From: Candidatus Saccharimonadota bacterium
GTDB lineage: Archaea > Nanobdellota > Nanobdellia > Pacearchaeales > GW2011-AR1
Direction: 5' to 3'
Length of the DNA stretch: 32,000 nucleotides
NCBI GenBank assembly: GCA_041659445.1
Contig: JBAZYG010000002.1
Location: 150,001 to 182,000, forward strand
Part shown: one piece after another, positions 1 through 7,548 of the stretch
Position numbering within the stretch: position 1 is the stretch's first letter
Layout: the number at the start of each line of letters is the position of its first letter
Notes under the pieces: model-generated
What the model saw: the letters and a program-made list of their open reading frames with translations, nothing else
Database searches by the model: none
What the model was told of the DNA's origin: nothing
Translations under genes and position numbers: made by a program

Positions 1-1515
1 GTGAACATGAACCAATGTTTGCCCTTTTGATATTTCCAAGCATTTATCTAAGGCTTTTAGGTAATTTTCTCTAGAATGTATTCCATTTGAAAAATTAGAA
101 TATTTGCAATCTTTTTCTAAACCTGTTTTTTTAACTTCAATTTTTCCTTGATTTTTTGTCTCAGCTTCGATTATTTTAAATTTTTTTAAACCAAAAATAT
201 TTTTTAGAACTTCTTCAGAATGAATTGTTCCAGACATTAAAACAAAATTTTTGTTCATCTTAATTAATTCTTCAAATCTTTTTGCTAAATTAGTTGTTAC
301 AATGTTTATAATAAAATCCCTTTCTATTTTATGTGCAGTTAAATAACTTTCATCCAAAAAATTTTCAAATTCATATGCAGTTTCTGCAATTTCAAGAATG
401 TAACTTTCATCATCAACATCAGCAATCCATTTTCTTTCTAAAAATAATTTAAGTAAATCATAAAGTGATGTTTCTTTGAGTGAAATTATGTTTTTATTCT
501 CTACTAATTTTTCAATTCTTTTGTCTTTTTTAATGGCTTTAATTAATTCAAATGCTTCTTCTAGTTTGTGAACATATTCTTGAGGAGGAGAATAATACAC
601 TAATGCATTTTGTAATCTATCTAAGTTTATACTTTTTTGATTTGAAAAAGAATCTAAAAACTCATCGCATTCGTCGATTATTTCAATTTCTGTTTGGGGT
701 TTTCTTCCTAAAACTGTTTCTAATTTATATTTAAGTGAATTAAAAACAATTACGTCCGAATTGACATAAGATTTGAATTGTTCATAAAAACTACATCCTG
801 GATTTCTATAATAAAAAGTTCTTTCTTTGCCATCAACACCTGTGTATGTCTCTTTTTTTGTAACATTAGATAAATGTGATTCATATTTTGCAAGGAGAAC
901 AGGACTCCAATAAGGACAAACAGGTGCAATAGATAATCTTTTTACATCTTTTATGCTGGAAAAATCTTGGATATTCACGTTACTATTTTGATTAAGATAT
1001 TGTCTTATTTTTTCCCAATTTTTTTCTTTAATTTCAATTTTACATGGGATTTTCAAATTATCTGCAGATTTATTTTCTTCAAGTAATTTTTTTGACTCTT
1101 CTCTTTTTTTAGCAAAAATATCATGTAAATTTAGATTAATTTCTTTTTTTATTTTTTGAAGAGCATTTTCATTTTCTTCTAAAAATTTACATTTGTGATT
1201 ATTCCTTCCTGTGATAATACTTATTTTTAATTTTTCTTTATTATTTTTTAATAAGTATTTGTTTTTTTCATAATCAAGTTTGTATTGTGTTTGAAGATTT
1301 TTTCCAGGAACAACTATAGATGTTTTTCCAATTTCTTTTGCAAGATTAAGTGCTATTGCAGATTTTCCTGTTCCGCAAACCCCTTTTATAAAAATCATTT
1401 TCTCTCCGTTTTTTATTTCTTGAATAACTTCTTTAACAATGTCTTCTTGGGTTTTTCCATTTGAAAAACATAATGGGTCAAGAAATTTTCCGTCTTCATA
1501 CAAATTCCATTTCAT
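1..1515 (-). CDS. SF2 DNA helicase, XPD/Rad3/DinG-like (N-terminal 505 codons; C-terminus runs off the window start)
   Basis: Open on the minus strand from ATG (1515-1513) to position 1 with no stop; absent from the ORF track because it is truncated. My translation gives MKWNLYEDGKF...IFIKGVCGTGKSAIALNLAK (Walker A), EIEIIDECDEF (motif II, DExD-like) and FVLMSGTIHSEE (XPD-type SGT motif). Cys109/158/200/231 (HKCKF, IPCKI, APVCPYW, NPGCSFY) lie between motifs I and II, where XPD carries its 4Fe-4S domain. Confidence 0.6.
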   Translation of the reverse strand, partial: MKWNLYEDGKFLDPLCFSNGKTQEDIVKEVIQEIKNGEKMIFIKGVCGTGKSAIALNLAKEIGKTSIVVPGKNLQTQYKLDYEKNKYLLKNNKEKLKISIITGRNNHKCKFLEENENALQKIKKEINLNLHDIFAKKREESKKLLEENKSADNLKIPCKIEIKEKNWEKIRQYLNQNSNVNIQDFSSIKDVKRLSIAPVCPYWSPVLLAKYESHLSNVTKKETYTGVDGKERTFYYRNPGCSFYEQFKSYVNSDVIVFNSLKYKLETVLGRKPQTEIEIIDECDEFLDSFSNQKSINLDRLQNALVYYSPPQEYVHKLEEAFELIKAIKKDKRIEKLVENKNIISLKETSLYDLLKLFLERKWIADVDDESYILEIAETAYEFENFLDESYLTAHKIERDFIINIVTTNLAKRFEELIKMNKNFVLMSGTIHSEEVLKNIFGLKKFKIIEAETKNQGKIEVKKTGLEKDCKYSNFSNGIHSRENYLKALDKCLEISKGQTLVHVH

Positions 1516-1563
1516 AAGTTAAGAAAAAAATTCAAAGGTTATAAGGTTTATTAAAGTTAAAAT

Positions 1564-1878
1564 TCATTTAATCAGCTTTTTATATGCCTTTTCTAATTCC
1601 TGAAATTGAGCACAAGGTTCTCCATTAAATAATTCTGGTATTAAAATTTTGTTGGATAAATTATTATTTTCAAAAGAAATTCTATTTTTTTCTGTTATTT
1701 GACAGGGGTCTGTTTTTTCAATTATTCTTAAAATTATTGCATCAATATTCTTTTTAGATAATAGAAAACTGGCAAGAGTATGTACTTTATGCCCATCTTG
1801 AAATAAATCATAATCTGGCAAATAAATCGAATCATTGCTTCCTAATTTATAAATAGTATTCTCTTTAAGCATTTTCAA
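1564..1878 (-). CDS. hypothetical protein (104 aa)
   Basis: ORF track entry only, with no motif I recognise. It fills the gap between the helicase and the stalk operon on the same strand. Confidence 0.45.
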   Translation of the reverse strand: MKMLKENTIYKLGSNDSIYLPDYDLFQDGHKVHTLASFLLSKKNIDAIILRIIEKTDPCQITEKNRISFENNNLSNKILIPELFNGEPCAQFQELEKAYKKLIK

Positions 1879-1992
1879 TTTTTGAAGAAATTTTTTGTTT
1901 AAAAATAAATGTGTTCTTGAGTATATATTTTAAAATTCTCGTTCTAACTAAGATTGCTCTCCGGATTTAATTTTTGAAATAAAAATTAAAAT

Positions 1993-2286
1993 TTATCCGA
2001 AGAGTGCGCTTAGTCCTTCTGCAGCTGGTGCATGATGATCTTCTTTCTTTTCTTCTTTATGCTCGTGTGCTTTTGCTTCAGAACCACTTGGGCTTGGGGC
2101 AGCAGCAACTAAACTAGCATTTTCCAATTCTTGGTCAATGTTAATTCCTTTCAAGCTAGCAATCAAAGATTTTATCTTTGACTCGTCAACTTTTACACCT
2201 GCAGCTTCTATAACTTTTTTCAAGTTAGCTTCAGCAATTTCTTTACCTAACTTGTGCAATAAAAGTGCTCCGTAAACGTATTCCAT
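1993..2286 (-). CDS. rpl12: 50S ribosomal stalk protein P1 (archaeal L12)
   Basis: MEYVYGALLLH N-terminus, an Ala/Pro/charged hinge and the conserved C-terminal factor-binding tail AAEGLSALFG. It follows P0 after one spacer nt. Confidence 0.9.
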   Translation of the reverse strand: MEYVYGALLLHKLGKEIAEANLKKVIEAAGVKVDESKIKSLIASLKGINIDQELENASLVAAAPSPSGSEAKAHEHKEEKKEDHHAPAAEGLSALFG

Positions 2287-2287
2287 T

Positions 2288-3106
2288 TTATTTTTCCTCT
2301 CCTTCAGAATTTTCTTTAGGAGTATTAGTTAATTTCATTAATGCCTTTTCGTGCATTCCTGCTTTTCCAATTAAAAATTTAATGTTTTCAGAATTTGCAT
2401 ATCCAATTTCAACAGAAAATGCAAGTGCTTTTGAAAATGCCTTTTTCAATTCATTTAATGTTTCTTCTCTATCTATTTTTATTTCTAAATAAATCATATT
2501 ATCCTTTGTATCAAGAGCAGCAATTGGAATAAAACAAATTGAAAATGGTTTAATATCTAATTTACTCATCATATCTGCAGCGCCTTGAGAAATTTTATCT
2601 CCTTGTTTTGCAATTATTTTTGGCTCTTTAATTTCAATTTTACCGCCTTGAATTTGTATTTTTATTCCCAATGCACCTAATTCACTTATTGCTGGTCCTG
2701 GAACTAAATCTGTTGGTCCTGCAGGAATTTCAATATCAAAAGGAGCAATTTGTCCTGCCTTTGCTTTTGACGGAGTTTTGTTTTTTATTAATTCTAATGC
2801 TAAATCAAATGAATCTAAATCTGAAAATAAAATTGCAAAATCTGATTCAATTTTTGTTTTTAATTCTTGTAGTTTTTCTTTTTTGGATTCTTCAATTGCT
2901 CTGAAAACCAAACTTTTTTTTGGTACTCTTATAAGTGCTTTTCCTCGCAATTTTTTTGAAATTTCTTGAAATTGCGACGCTGGAATTCCTTTTATTGAAG
3001 CCAATAAAATAGTTTTTTTATTTTCTAAAAGTCCTTTCAAATCTTTTATTACTTTGACTTTTTTTTCAGGTATTTTTTTTACAGTTTTTTTATTTTTTAT
3101 TTTCAT
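2288..3106 (-). CDS. rpl10: 50S ribosomal stalk protein P0 (uL10), short form
   Basis: IPEKKVKVIKDLKGLL...SIKGIPASQFQEISKKLRGKALIRVPKKSLVFRAI matches the archaeal P0 N-terminal domain. It sits between L1 and P1 as in the canonical operon. It is only 272 aa and ends ...TPKENSEGEEK. Confidence 0.9.
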   Translation of the reverse strand: MKIKNKKTVKKIPEKKVKVIKDLKGLLENKKTILLASIKGIPASQFQEISKKLRGKALIRVPKKSLVFRAIEESKKEKLQELKTKIESDFAILFSDLDSFDLALELIKNKTPSKAKAGQIAPFDIEIPAGPTDLVPGPAISELGALGIKIQIQGGKIEIKEPKIIAKQGDKISQGAADMMSKLDIKPFSICFIPIAALDTKDNMIYLEIKIDREETLNELKKAFSKALAFSVEIGYANSENIKFLIGKAGMHEKALMKLTNTPKENSEGEEK

Positions 3107-3107
3107 T

Positions 3108-3740
3108 TTATCTTATATGTATTTTAATAGGTTTAGTCATTGTGAATTTGATTTCAAGATTTTTTATATTCTCTTTTTCTCTTGGTAAGTTCTTTAAAAT
3201 TTCTTTGTAAACAGTTGTTGCATTTTCTACAATTTCTTGTGTTTTCATATTTTGTTTTCCAATTGCAAGTTTTATACTTGGTTCTTTTATTTTTATCTTG
3301 ACACTATTGTTTACTTTTTCTTTGATTTCATTAATTGATTTTTCATCAGCGTTAAGAATAATTCCTAATTGAGGAGAAGGCATTTTTCCAGAAGGACCCA
3401 AAACTTTACCAAATACAGTTGCAACTTTTGGCATTAAACTTCCTTGAGAAATAAAAAAGTCATATTTTTTAGCAATTTTTTTTAATTCTTTTTTATCAGA
3501 ATATTTTTTAAAATCATCAGCTGTAATTGTATCTACGTTATTATTTTTTGATTCAAGAAATGCAGCAATTTTTTTTTCTTTTATTTTGTAAGGAACTTTA
3601 ATGAATAAATTCAATGGAGTTTTTTTTACGTCGAATTTTTGCAGATTAATTACTAAATCTACTGTTTGATTGAATTTTCTTTCTTTAGATTTTTTCAATT
3701 CTTCCAATGCTTTTGTTAATTGTTCTTCTATTGATACCAT
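3108..3740 (-). CDS. rpl1: 50S ribosomal protein L1 (uL1)
   Basis: KERKFNQTVDLVINLQKFDVKK...PSGKMPSPQLGII are typical uL1 signatures. It is the first gene of the L1-P0-P1 operon. Confidence 0.9.
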   Translation of the reverse strand: MVSIEEQLTKALEELKKSKERKFNQTVDLVINLQKFDVKKTPLNLFIKVPYKIKEKKIAAFLESKNNNVDTITADDFKKYSDKKELKKIAKKYDFFISQGSLMPKVATVFGKVLGPSGKMPSPQLGIILNADEKSINEIKEKVNNSVKIKIKEPSIKLAIGKQNMKTQEIVENATTVYKEILKNLPREKENIKNLEIKFTMTKPIKIHIR

Positions 3741-3863
3741 TTTGTTTTGTTGTTTTTAATGGTGAAACTTTGAAACCATTTTATCCTGCTACTTATGCGC
3801 TTGTGTCCAGAAATTTGAACTCAGCGATGTAGTTTATTGGATGATTATGAAATAAGAATAAGG

Positions 3864-3871
3864 TTTATAAA
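3864..3871. promoter_or_regulatory. Palindromic archaeal TATA box (tttataaa), probable RNase P RNA promoter, possibly bidirectional
   Basis: tttataaa ends 21 nt upstream of the first P1 nucleotide (3893). The same ctttataaa-type box recurs about 22-30 nt upstream of several start codons in the window (4218, 10989, 5018 region, 10276 region). Confidence 0.5.
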
Positions 3872-3892
3872 CTTTACTTTCAATGATTTTTT

Positions 3893-4192
3893 GTAAGTCA
3901 GATAGTTAACTTTCGGAATTCAGGCATTAAATTGTCAGGTGTTGGAAATATCAACATCAGAATTCTGAGGAAGGTCCGCCCACTTATAGTAAATTAATTA
4001 CTATAACAACGCCACTGGAGAAATTCCAGGCTTCGTGAGGAGTAGCTCTGATATAGAGACGAGCGTATTAAGTTACGATGGAACGAACATCTTGGCGAGT
4101 GCAAGGCTTAAAGCCGCTTAGTCGAATGTTAACATGTTTGGTTTGTCTGAAAAGAACAACAAACAACAAAAGGTGGCCTATTTCTGACTTAC
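3893..4192 (+). ncRNA. rnpB: RNase P RNA (archaeal, ~300 nt)
   Basis: This is a GC-enriched island with no ORF. The P1 stem pairs gtaagtcagatag (3893-3905) with ctatttctgacttac (4178-4192). The CR-I motif is gaggaaggtccgcc (3967-3980) and the CR-V motif is acaaaaggtggccta (4166-4180). P4 forms by pairing 3972-3980 with 4172-4179, giving 8 bp with the hallmark bulged U at 3975. A P3-like hairpin gtgttg/caacat lies just 5' of CR-I. Confidence 0.85.
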
Positions 4193-4247
4193 TTTTATAT
4201 TCTTTAGAACATAAATTTTTATAAATCAACTTTAATTGAAAATTAAA

Positions 4248-4796
4248 ATGACAGACATCGCTCGTTACGGAGATTCAATATATTTTCATGCAAATGATAT
4301 TGCTTTAATTAAAAAATTTATTGATGAAAAAAAATTTTCTAAGGATTCAAAACTAGATTTAGCAGTAAATTCTTTTTTTCTTCCTCGTTTAAATGATATT
4401 AAAAATTTTTTTGAATTTTGTGAAAGTTCCTTAGAAAAACATCAAGGTGTTGAATTATCTCCTAAATATTTATTGGATGCTGGAGAAAAAGAATATGACG
4501 ACTCTGGAAGAAGTGCCTATTGGTGTTCTTTGGAAAGAGACTTTTTAATTAAAAAAAGTGATGGTAGGAGATTGAATTTTAATATAAATGGGGGAATTTC
4601 AAAAGGCCCTTATTCATTGCAACCTCTTTCTTTTAGAGTTGGAATTAATTTTAAGCAATCTTCTTTTGATTTAGATAAACCTTTTATTCCTTATCTTTGG
4701 GAAATTCCTTTAAAAGATATGCCTGAAGAACTTGATGGAATTTTTATTCCAAAAAATTTAATAAAAATTTTAGATAATTCTATTAAAAATCTTTAA
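4248..4796 (+). CDS. hypothetical protein (182 aa from ATG 4248)
   Basis: The ORF track starts at TTG 4236. I prefer the in-frame ATG at 4248 because tttataaa (4218-4225) ends 22 nt upstream, which fits a leaderless mRNA. No recognisable domain. Confidence 0.5.
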   Translation: MTDIARYGDSIYFHANDIALIKKFIDEKKFSKDSKLDLAVNSFFLPRLNDIKNFFEFCESSLEKHQGVELSPKYLLDAGEKEYDDSGRSAYWCSLERDFLIKKSDGRRLNFNINGGISKGPYSLQPLSFRVGINFKQSSFDLDKPFIPYLWEIPLKDMPEELDGIFIPKNLIKILDNSIKNL

Positions 4797-4906
4797 TTCT
4801 AAACATTTAAAAAACTCCAGTAATTCTAATTTTTGGATAAATTTTGTTAGAAAGTATAATTTAAATTTATTTAACAAGGGTTTGTGTCAAACACTCAAAC
4901 GCTAAT

Positions 4907-4978
4907 GGGAGTGTAGCTCAGGGGGAGAGCACTGCGCTGAAGACGCAGGTGTCGAGGGTTCGAGTCCCTCCACTCCCA
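4907..4978 (+). tRNA. tRNA-Phe (anticodon GAA), no intron, CCA not encoded
   Basis: Manual cloverleaf: acceptor GGGAGTG/CACTCCC, D stem GCTC/GAGC, anticodon stem CTGCG/CGCAG with loop CTGAAGA, 5-nt variable loop, T stem GAGGG/CCCTC with loop TTCGAGT, discriminator A. Confidence 0.95.
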
Positions 4979-5051
4979 TTTATAATAAAAAATAATTTCT
5001 TGAAAAATTCCTTTCCATAACTTTTATAAATAAAGATTTGTTTTATTAATT

Positions 5052-5345
5052 ATGAAAAAGAGAGTGAAAAAAAGTAAAGTACATACTTATAATAAAACTG
5101 CTTTAGGAACTTCTGCATTAACTTTGTCTATTTCAGGAATTTTCCTAACATTTTTTACTTCAATAGTTATTGCACCTTTATTCTTGATTCTTTCTTTGAT
5201 ATTTTCAATTATTCAACAAGTAAAAAATCCAACAAAAATCGGAAAAGTTTCTCTAATATTAAGTATAGTCGGAATTCTTGTTTATGTTGCTTGGGTTTTA
5301 ATTCTGATTTTTGTCATTTCTCCTAATATAAGCACAGTTTATTAA
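5052..5345 (+). CDS. small integral membrane protein (97 aa, 2-3 TM)
   Basis: Basic N-terminus followed by long hydrophobic segments (LTLSISGIFLTFFTSIVIAPLFLILSLIFSII, VSLILSIVGILVYVAWVLILIFVI). Confidence 0.55.
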   Translation: MKKRVKKSKVHTYNKTALGTSALTLSISGIFLTFFTSIVIAPLFLILSLIFSIIQQVKNPTKIGKVSLILSIVGILVYVAWVLILIFVISPNISTVY

Positions 5346-5347
5346 AA

Positions 5348-5398
5348 ATGAAAAATAAAAAACTCAAAATTAAAGTTTTGGTAGGTTTTATTTTATAA
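5348..5398 (+). other. Conserved upstream micro-ORF / leader motif, copy A (MKNKKLKIKVLVGFIL)
   Basis: The 16-codon ORF fills the 5345-5402 gap. Its core, tcaaaattaaagttttggtaggttttattt (5364-5393), recurs with 3 substitutions at 18967-18996. Confidence 0.35.
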
Positions 5399-5401
5399 AA
5401 A

Positions 5402-5959
5402 ATGAAAAATAAAAAAGCAGCAATGGAAATGAGTATGGGTACTATTGTTACAATTATTTTATTAGTTGTCTTGCTTGTTTTGGGAATTTTCTTTATTCAA
5501 AGAATTTTTAGTTCTGGAACAAATGCAATTGACCAAATTGATTCTCAAGTTCAAAGTGAAATAAATAAAATTTTCACAGAAGAAGGAAAAACTTTAGCAA
5601 TTTATCCTTCATCAAGACAAATTACCTTAAAAACAGGAGATGATCCAAAAGGATTTGCATTCTCTTATAAAAATGATATAAATGAAAAACAAATATTTGA
5701 ATACACTGTTTATGCAGAAAAGAATTTTGATTATACTACAAAATGCGGAAGTGGATTTACAGAAGCTCAAGCAAATGGATTTTTAGTTACAAATGCTGGA
5801 AGTTTCACATTACAAGCAAATCAACAAATGGATTTACCTGGTTTAGTTTTATTCGGAATTCCTGAAAATGCTCCTGCTTGTACAATTCCTTATAATCTAG
5901 TTATTGAAGGAGATAAAGATTCTGGTTCAAGTGCAAACATTTTTGTGACTATAAAATAA
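5402..5959 (+). CDS. secreted/anchored protein with possible class III (prepilin-like) signal peptide
   Basis: MKNKKAAMEMSMGTIVTIILLVVLLVLGIFF has a basic stretch, Ala, then an AMEM..G motif and a hydrophobic helix. This resembles archaeal pilin N-termini (KG/A|Q..AMELG type). The rest looks beta-rich and globular. Confidence 0.5.
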   Translation: MKNKKAAMEMSMGTIVTIILLVVLLVLGIFFIQRIFSSGTNAIDQIDSQVQSEINKIFTEEGKTLAIYPSSRQITLKTGDDPKGFAFSYKNDINEKQIFEYTVYAEKNFDYTTKCGSGFTEAQANGFLVTNAGSFTLQANQQMDLPGLVLFGIPENAPACTIPYNLVIEGDKDSGSSANIFVTIK

Positions 5960-5988
5960 TTTTTAAACATTTGATTCTTGATTAATTC

Positions 5989-7380
5989 ATGGTCTTAAAA
6001 ATTTACAATACTCTAACTCGAAAAAAAGAAATTTTCAAATCAATTGAAAAAAATCTTGTCAAAATTTATGGTTGTGGTCCAACTGTTTATTGGTATCAAC
6101 ATATTGGAAATTTATATAGATATATTTGGGAAGACTTTCTTATTAGAGTTTTAAAATATAACAATTACAAAATTAATCATGTGATTAACATAACTGATGT
6201 TGGGCATTTAACGTCTGATGCAGATGAAGGCGAGGATAAAATGGAAAATGCAATTAAAAAAGAAGGTAAAAATTCCCAAGATATTGCAAAATTTTATTTT
6301 GATATTTTTGACAATGATTTAAAAAAATTAAATTTTACTGAACCAGATAAATGGGCTAAAGCCAGCGAACATATAAAAGAACAAATTGATTTAATCAAAA
6401 CACTTGAAAAAAAAGGTTTTACATATAAAACATCCCAAGCAATTTATTTTAATGTTTCAAAATTTAAAAATTACGGCGAGTTAACTGGTCAAAAATTAGA
6501 AGAAAAAGAAATCGGTGTAAGAAAAGATGTAATTGTAGATAAAGAAAAAAAGAATCCTCAAGATTTTGCACTTTGGTTTTTTACAGTCGGTCATTTTAAA
6601 AATCATACAATGAGATGGGATTCTCCTTGGGGAGTTGGTTTTCCAGGATGGCATATTGAATGTTCTGCAATGAGCATGAAATATTTAGGTAATCATTTTG
6701 ATATTCATACCGGCGGTCAAGATCATATCCCTGTTCACCATACAAATGAAATTGCACAAAGTGAAGGTGCTACTGGAAAAAAAGTTGTGAATTATTGGAT
6801 GCATATTCAATGGTTAATAATAGACAAAGGAAAAATGTCAAAATCCTTAGGAAATGTTTATTTGCTTTCTGATTTAGAAAAAAAAGGATTTTCTCCAATG
6901 GATTTCAGGTATTTTTGTTTAACAGGATATTACAGAAAACCTTTAAATTTTAGTTTAGAAAATTTACTTTCTGCAAAAAATTCTTATGAACGATTAAAGA
7001 ATATTTGTTTAAACTTAAAAGATAATAAAAAATTGAACAAAAAATATTTGTCTGAATTTGAAAAAGCAATTAATAATGATTTAAATTTTCCGAGGGCATT
7101 GCAAGTTGCTTGGAAATTAATTCGAGATAAAAAAGCAATTGGAAAATTTCAAACAATAAAAAAAATGGATGAGATTTTTGGTTTGGATTTATTTAAAAAA
7201 GATGAATTGAAAATTCCAAAAGAAGTTTTAGAATTGATAAAAAAAAGAAATCAAGCAAGAAAAGAAAAAAATTGGCAAATTGCCGACGGTATTAGAGAAA
7301 AAATAAAATCTCTTGGATTTTTAATTGAAGATTCTGAAAAAGGTGAAATTTTGAAAAAAGAAAAAGAATATAAACTATAA
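5989..7380 (+). CDS. cysS: cysteinyl-tRNA synthetase
   Basis: Class I signatures: GPTVYWYQHIGNL (HIGH) and GKMSKSLGN (KMSKS). The WHIECSAM zinc/cysteine-binding motif is also present. Confidence 0.95.
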   Translation: MVLKIYNTLTRKKEIFKSIEKNLVKIYGCGPTVYWYQHIGNLYRYIWEDFLIRVLKYNNYKINHVINITDVGHLTSDADEGEDKMENAIKKEGKNSQDIAKFYFDIFDNDLKKLNFTEPDKWAKASEHIKEQIDLIKTLEKKGFTYKTSQAIYFNVSKFKNYGELTGQKLEEKEIGVRKDVIVDKEKKNPQDFALWFFTVGHFKNHTMRWDSPWGVGFPGWHIECSAMSMKYLGNHFDIHTGGQDHIPVHHTNEIAQSEGATGKKVVNYWMHIQWLIIDKGKMSKSLGNVYLLSDLEKKGFSPMDFRYFCLTGYYRKPLNFSLENLLSAKNSYERLKNICLNLKDNKKLNKKYLSEFEKAINNDLNFPRALQVAWKLIRDKKAIGKFQTIKKMDEIFGLDLFKKDELKIPKEVLELIKKRNQARKEKNWQIADGIREKIKSLGFLIEDSEKGEILKKEKEYKL

Positions 7381-7418
7381 ATGATTTATTTTAGCGGTAC
7401 CAAAGGAGGTGCACAAAA

Positions 7419-7454
7419 ATGGCAAAAAAGAAAAAAACCGCAAAAAAGAAATAA
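7419..7454 (+). CDS. possible 11-codon lysine-rich micro-ORF (MAKKKKTAKKK)
   Basis: It is preceded by the strongest Shine-Dalgarno match in the window (aaggaggtg, 7403-7411) at 7-nt spacing. It is followed by a hairpin plus T-run. Confidence 0.25.
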   Translation: MAKKKKTAKKK

Positions 7455-7496
7455 ATGAATGATTAAATTCATACTCAATTTTATTTTTATTTTTTT
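7455..7496 (+). terminator. hairpin (atgaat/attcat) plus T-rich tract, candidate terminator for cysS / micro-ORF
   Basis: The 6-bp inverted repeat 7455-7460/7467-7472 is followed by ttttatttttattttttt (7479-7496). Archaeal termination typically uses oligo-T. Confidence 0.3.
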
Positions 7497-7548
7497 CATA
7501 ATGTTTAAATATCCTTTTTCTTTTATTCCCTTATAAAATAGGTGAAAA

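Noticed and set aside
552-734. 60-aa plus-strand ORF from the track
   Set aside because: It lies entirely antisense within the long helicase ORF. It is low-complexity and AT-codon driven (Leu/Phe/Ile-rich), which is typical of shadow ORFs.
2265-2969. Plus-strand ORFs 2265-2492, 2671-2904 and 2778-2969
   Set aside because: They are antisense to the well-supported P0/P1 ribosomal genes, and their composition (F/L/I/N/S) reflects the reverse complement of Lys/Glu-rich coding sequence.
3741-3892. A second small RNA (tRNA, C/D or H/ACA) in the gap between L1 and RNase P RNA
   Set aside because: I could not fold a cloverleaf or find box motifs. Only a weak 6-bp hairpin is present, so the region is kept as a possible L1 leader under the RNase P finding.
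4236-4247. TTG start codon given by the ORF track for the 186-aa ORF
   Set aside because: The in-frame ATG at 4248 sits at the expected ~22-nt distance from the tttataaa box, so I prefer the shorter leaderless model. This cannot be settled from sequence alone.
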